This document shows positions 61,938 to 64,000 of a DNA stretch of 64,000 bases, piece after piece. Origin of the DNA: Verrucomicrobiales bacterium (lineage in GTDB: Bacteria; Verrucomicrobiota; Verrucomicrobiia; Verrucomicrobiales; SLCJ01). Under the pieces are notes generated by a model, which saw only the letters and a program-made list of their open reading frames with translations, ran no database searches and was not told the DNA's origin. The stretch is from positions 25,487-89,486 of the forward strand of contig JBJTQJ010000040.1 in NCBI GenBank assembly GCA_046075565.1, in the 5' to 3' direction. How positions within the stretch are numbered: the stretch's first letter is position 1; the number at the start of each line of letters is the position of its first letter. A program made the translations under genes and the position numbers.

Positions 61938-62187
61938 AATTTACCGCGATCCCGCACTCGCCGCCTCCCAGCAGGAAATGCTCGCGCTTTTCCATGTCAG
62001 CCGGACTACGGAGGAATTGTTAGAGAAAATCGCGGCTTCCGGTATCCAGGATGATCTGAAAACATGGCTGCTTTCCTGCGATCCCGACATGTTACAAACC
62101 GCCTGCGAGTTGGTGAGACAATGGGGATCTTTCGACCCCGCCGACGGGGTCGGAGCAGGCTCTTCTTCAGACCACGGTGCTTGTTAG
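61930..62187 (+). CDS. Small putative MNIO partner protein
   Basis: 85 aa, helical; 8-nt overlap with the DUF692 gene; LAASQQEML near the N-terminus. Confidence 0.65.
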   Translation: MAEIYRDPALAASQQEMLALFHVSRTTEELLEKIAASGIQDDLKTWLLSCDPDMLQTACELVRQWGSFDPADGVGAGSSSDHGAC

Positions 62188-62191
62188 CGAA

Positions 62192-64000
62192 TCACGGTGA
62201 GTCGGAGTATTCCACGGCGACACGACCTAAACGTGCGCTTGCTCCAGTGACCGCATCATCGACAATCACCCGTTCCCAATCCGTATCGATGATGGTCGCT
62301 GGAGGTGGAGTCCCGGTTTGCCAGCCACCGGGACCGGCGGCACCGGGATCGGAGCAGAATTGGGGCAGATACGTCAGTCCACTGGGACCGCGACGGCGGA
62401 GGTATTCGATACGAACCCGCCGACTCGCACCTTCGCCGACCACCGTGATCAAAGGCAGCCCGCTGGTTCCTCCGGCGGACATGGCTACGGCGAAAGGAAG
62501 CGGCGGCATGTTGAAGGCATAACAAAGGAGATTCCTCGTACCATCCTGGTTTGCATCTTCAAGTAGCCCATCCAATCCTCCGGGACCGAAGTTCTGGAGC
62601 GCCGCCCAGCCGCTATACCCGCCCGCAGCCGGGCCATAACTAATTGTGACCTCGTGATTGCTGCCCGCGGGGAATTCACTTCCGAGATAGCCACCGGAGC
62701 GGCCCAATCGTCCATAGGCGTCAAACAAGTCAATTTGCAGGTCATAATCGCCTTCAATCATGGCGTTTGTCAGGTTGAAGGTGACCTGATAGGTGCCATT
62801 CAAAGCGGTGCCGGAGGTGCGCTGGGCAGCACCAAAGCCACCCATGCCATAACTGGTCAGGCTAGACCCATTCGTGGTGGAAAGGGAGATCTGCCCGCTC
62901 GTGAAGCCTGAGGCATCATCCGTAATGGTCAGATTGAGGGTCACGGGAACCGGAGTGCTGACATTGGCGAAAGTGGGAAGGCCGGAAAGCGAGACGAGAA
63001 CGGGACCGGTGGAGTCAACCGCACCCGAGTTCGTTAGGTTCACCTGTCCCCCGGATTGCGGGATGAGGAATTTGTCACCGATGATATTCGATCCCGTGGG
63101 TGACCAAGTTCTGAAGCCAGCATGGGAAACATCCACGACCATATTCCAAAGTCCAGGCTCATGCCAGCCCGGCAGTTGGAAGGTGGTCTGGTAGGTGCCA
63201 TTGGTATCCGTGCCTGCGATTCTTGCGGTGCTAGGAATGTAGGAAGATAAGGCCCCGCCCCCGGAGAGACTGGTCGTCGGCGTCAGGTAGGCATTGAGAT
63301 AACTGTCCCCACTGAACGCAGTATCGCTGGCTAGATTGAGTTGGAGGGTGACCGTTTGCGGGCCCGAGGCGACATCGACGATGGAAGGCGTGAGGCTGAA
63401 ACTTGTGATTCGGGCGGCGGGCGGGGCGATGGACTCGAGGGTCAGGCTGAAGTTCCCGCCATTCGTCGTTTCGCCGAAGGCGAAGCCATAAACGGCGATG
63501 TGGTAGGTTGTTCCCGCGGTGGCCTGGAAAACCAGCGGGCCGGGCGCTTGGCTGCCGAACGAAGAATAGTTGTCGCTTCGACCCTGTTCTTGCAAAGAAG
63601 CAACCGTGGAGCCCGTGAACAAAGCAAAAATCGGACGGTTGGATCCGCTGGTGCTGGCGCTGATTCGTGTCCATCCCGTCGCGGACGCCGTCCACTCATA
63701 CCAGACCGATGCTCCGGCCCTGTCGTTCAGGTTTGATTCTCCTGTTTCCAGGGTGCCGTAGACCGTCGATCCGTTGGCGGTGACGGGCAGGGCTGGACCA
63801 AGAGTGATCCGATTGGCAAAGTCATTGTTCGCTGGCGGTGTGGCGGTGTTAACAAAGGTGGTGGTCGCACCCGGCGGCATGCCGCCGGGTGCGGCACCCG
63901 GCGGCAATGACCTTGACTCAATCAGAAGCCCATAATACCAAGCGTTGAAAGTGTTGTCTCTCCGGACAACCTCGATCTCCCGGCTCCCCGGAGAGGGGGA
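62192..64000 (-). CDS. C-terminal part of a large extracellular/surface protein, open to the window edge
   Basis: PPANNDFANR...SVWYEWTA...TYHIAVYG domain; two related Ig-like repeats; YSGWA...DANQDG.NLLCYAF tail; no stop up to 64000. Confidence 0.8.
   Translation of the reverse strand, partial: SPSPGSREIEVVRRDNTFNAWYYGLLIESRSLPPGAAPGGMPPGATTTFVNTATPPANNDFANRITLGPALPVTANGSTVYGTLETGESNLNDRAGASVWYEWTASATGWTRISASTSGSNRPIFALFTGSTVASLQEQGRSDNYSSFGSQAPGPLVFQATAGTTYHIAVYGFAFGETTNGGNFSLTLESIAPPAARITSFSLTPSIVDVASGPQTVTLQLNLASDTAFSGDSYLNAYLTPTTSLSGGGALSSYIPSTARIAGTDTNGTYQTTFQLPGWHEPGLWNMVVDVSHAGFRTWSPTGSNIIGDKFLIPQSGGQVNLTNSGAVDSTGPVLVSLSGLPTFANVSTPVPVTLNLTITDDASGFTSGQISLSTTNGSSLTSYGMGGFGAAQRTSGTALNGTYQVTFNLTNAMIEGDYDLQIDLFDAYGRLGRSGGYLGSEFPAGSNHEVTISYGPAAGGYSGWAALQNFGPGGLDGLLEDANQDGTRNLLCYAFNMPPLPFAVAMSAGGTSGLPLITVVGEGASRRVRIEYLRRRGPSGLTYLPQFCSDPGAAGPGGWQTGTPPPATIIDTDWERVIVDDAVTGASARLGRVAVEYSDSP

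Noticed and set aside
1-64000. CRISPR array, prophage, integron or rRNA
   Set aside because: No repeat-spacer array, cas, integrase, phage structural or rRNA signatures were noticed by eye

Overview
GC-rich bacterial chromosomal window. Verrucomicrobiota is inferred from a PEP-CTERM protein, a double-length UvrA and the gene content. Most of it is housekeeping: Fur-family regulator-sufCBD, proC, rimO, glnS, dtd, rpsP, feoAB, miaB, trpB, trpC, kdsB, mtnP, uvrA, menB and tRNA-Gly(GCC). Accessory content includes a RAYT/Y1 HUH transposase cut by the left edge, several REP-like palindromic elements, and two convergent PIN toxin-antitoxin modules, one decayed. The strongest candidate for a novel system is a three-gene RiPP-like locus at 60713-62187. 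It encodes a predicted secreted precursor with an EF-hand and a C-terminal CPACGLG motif, a DUF692/MNIO enzyme, and a small soluble partner. It resembles the Chryseobacterium ChrA/ChrH system but has a different architecture. Four non-essential genes carry five in-frame nonsense codons. All family assignments come from motif recognition by eye; no database searches were run.
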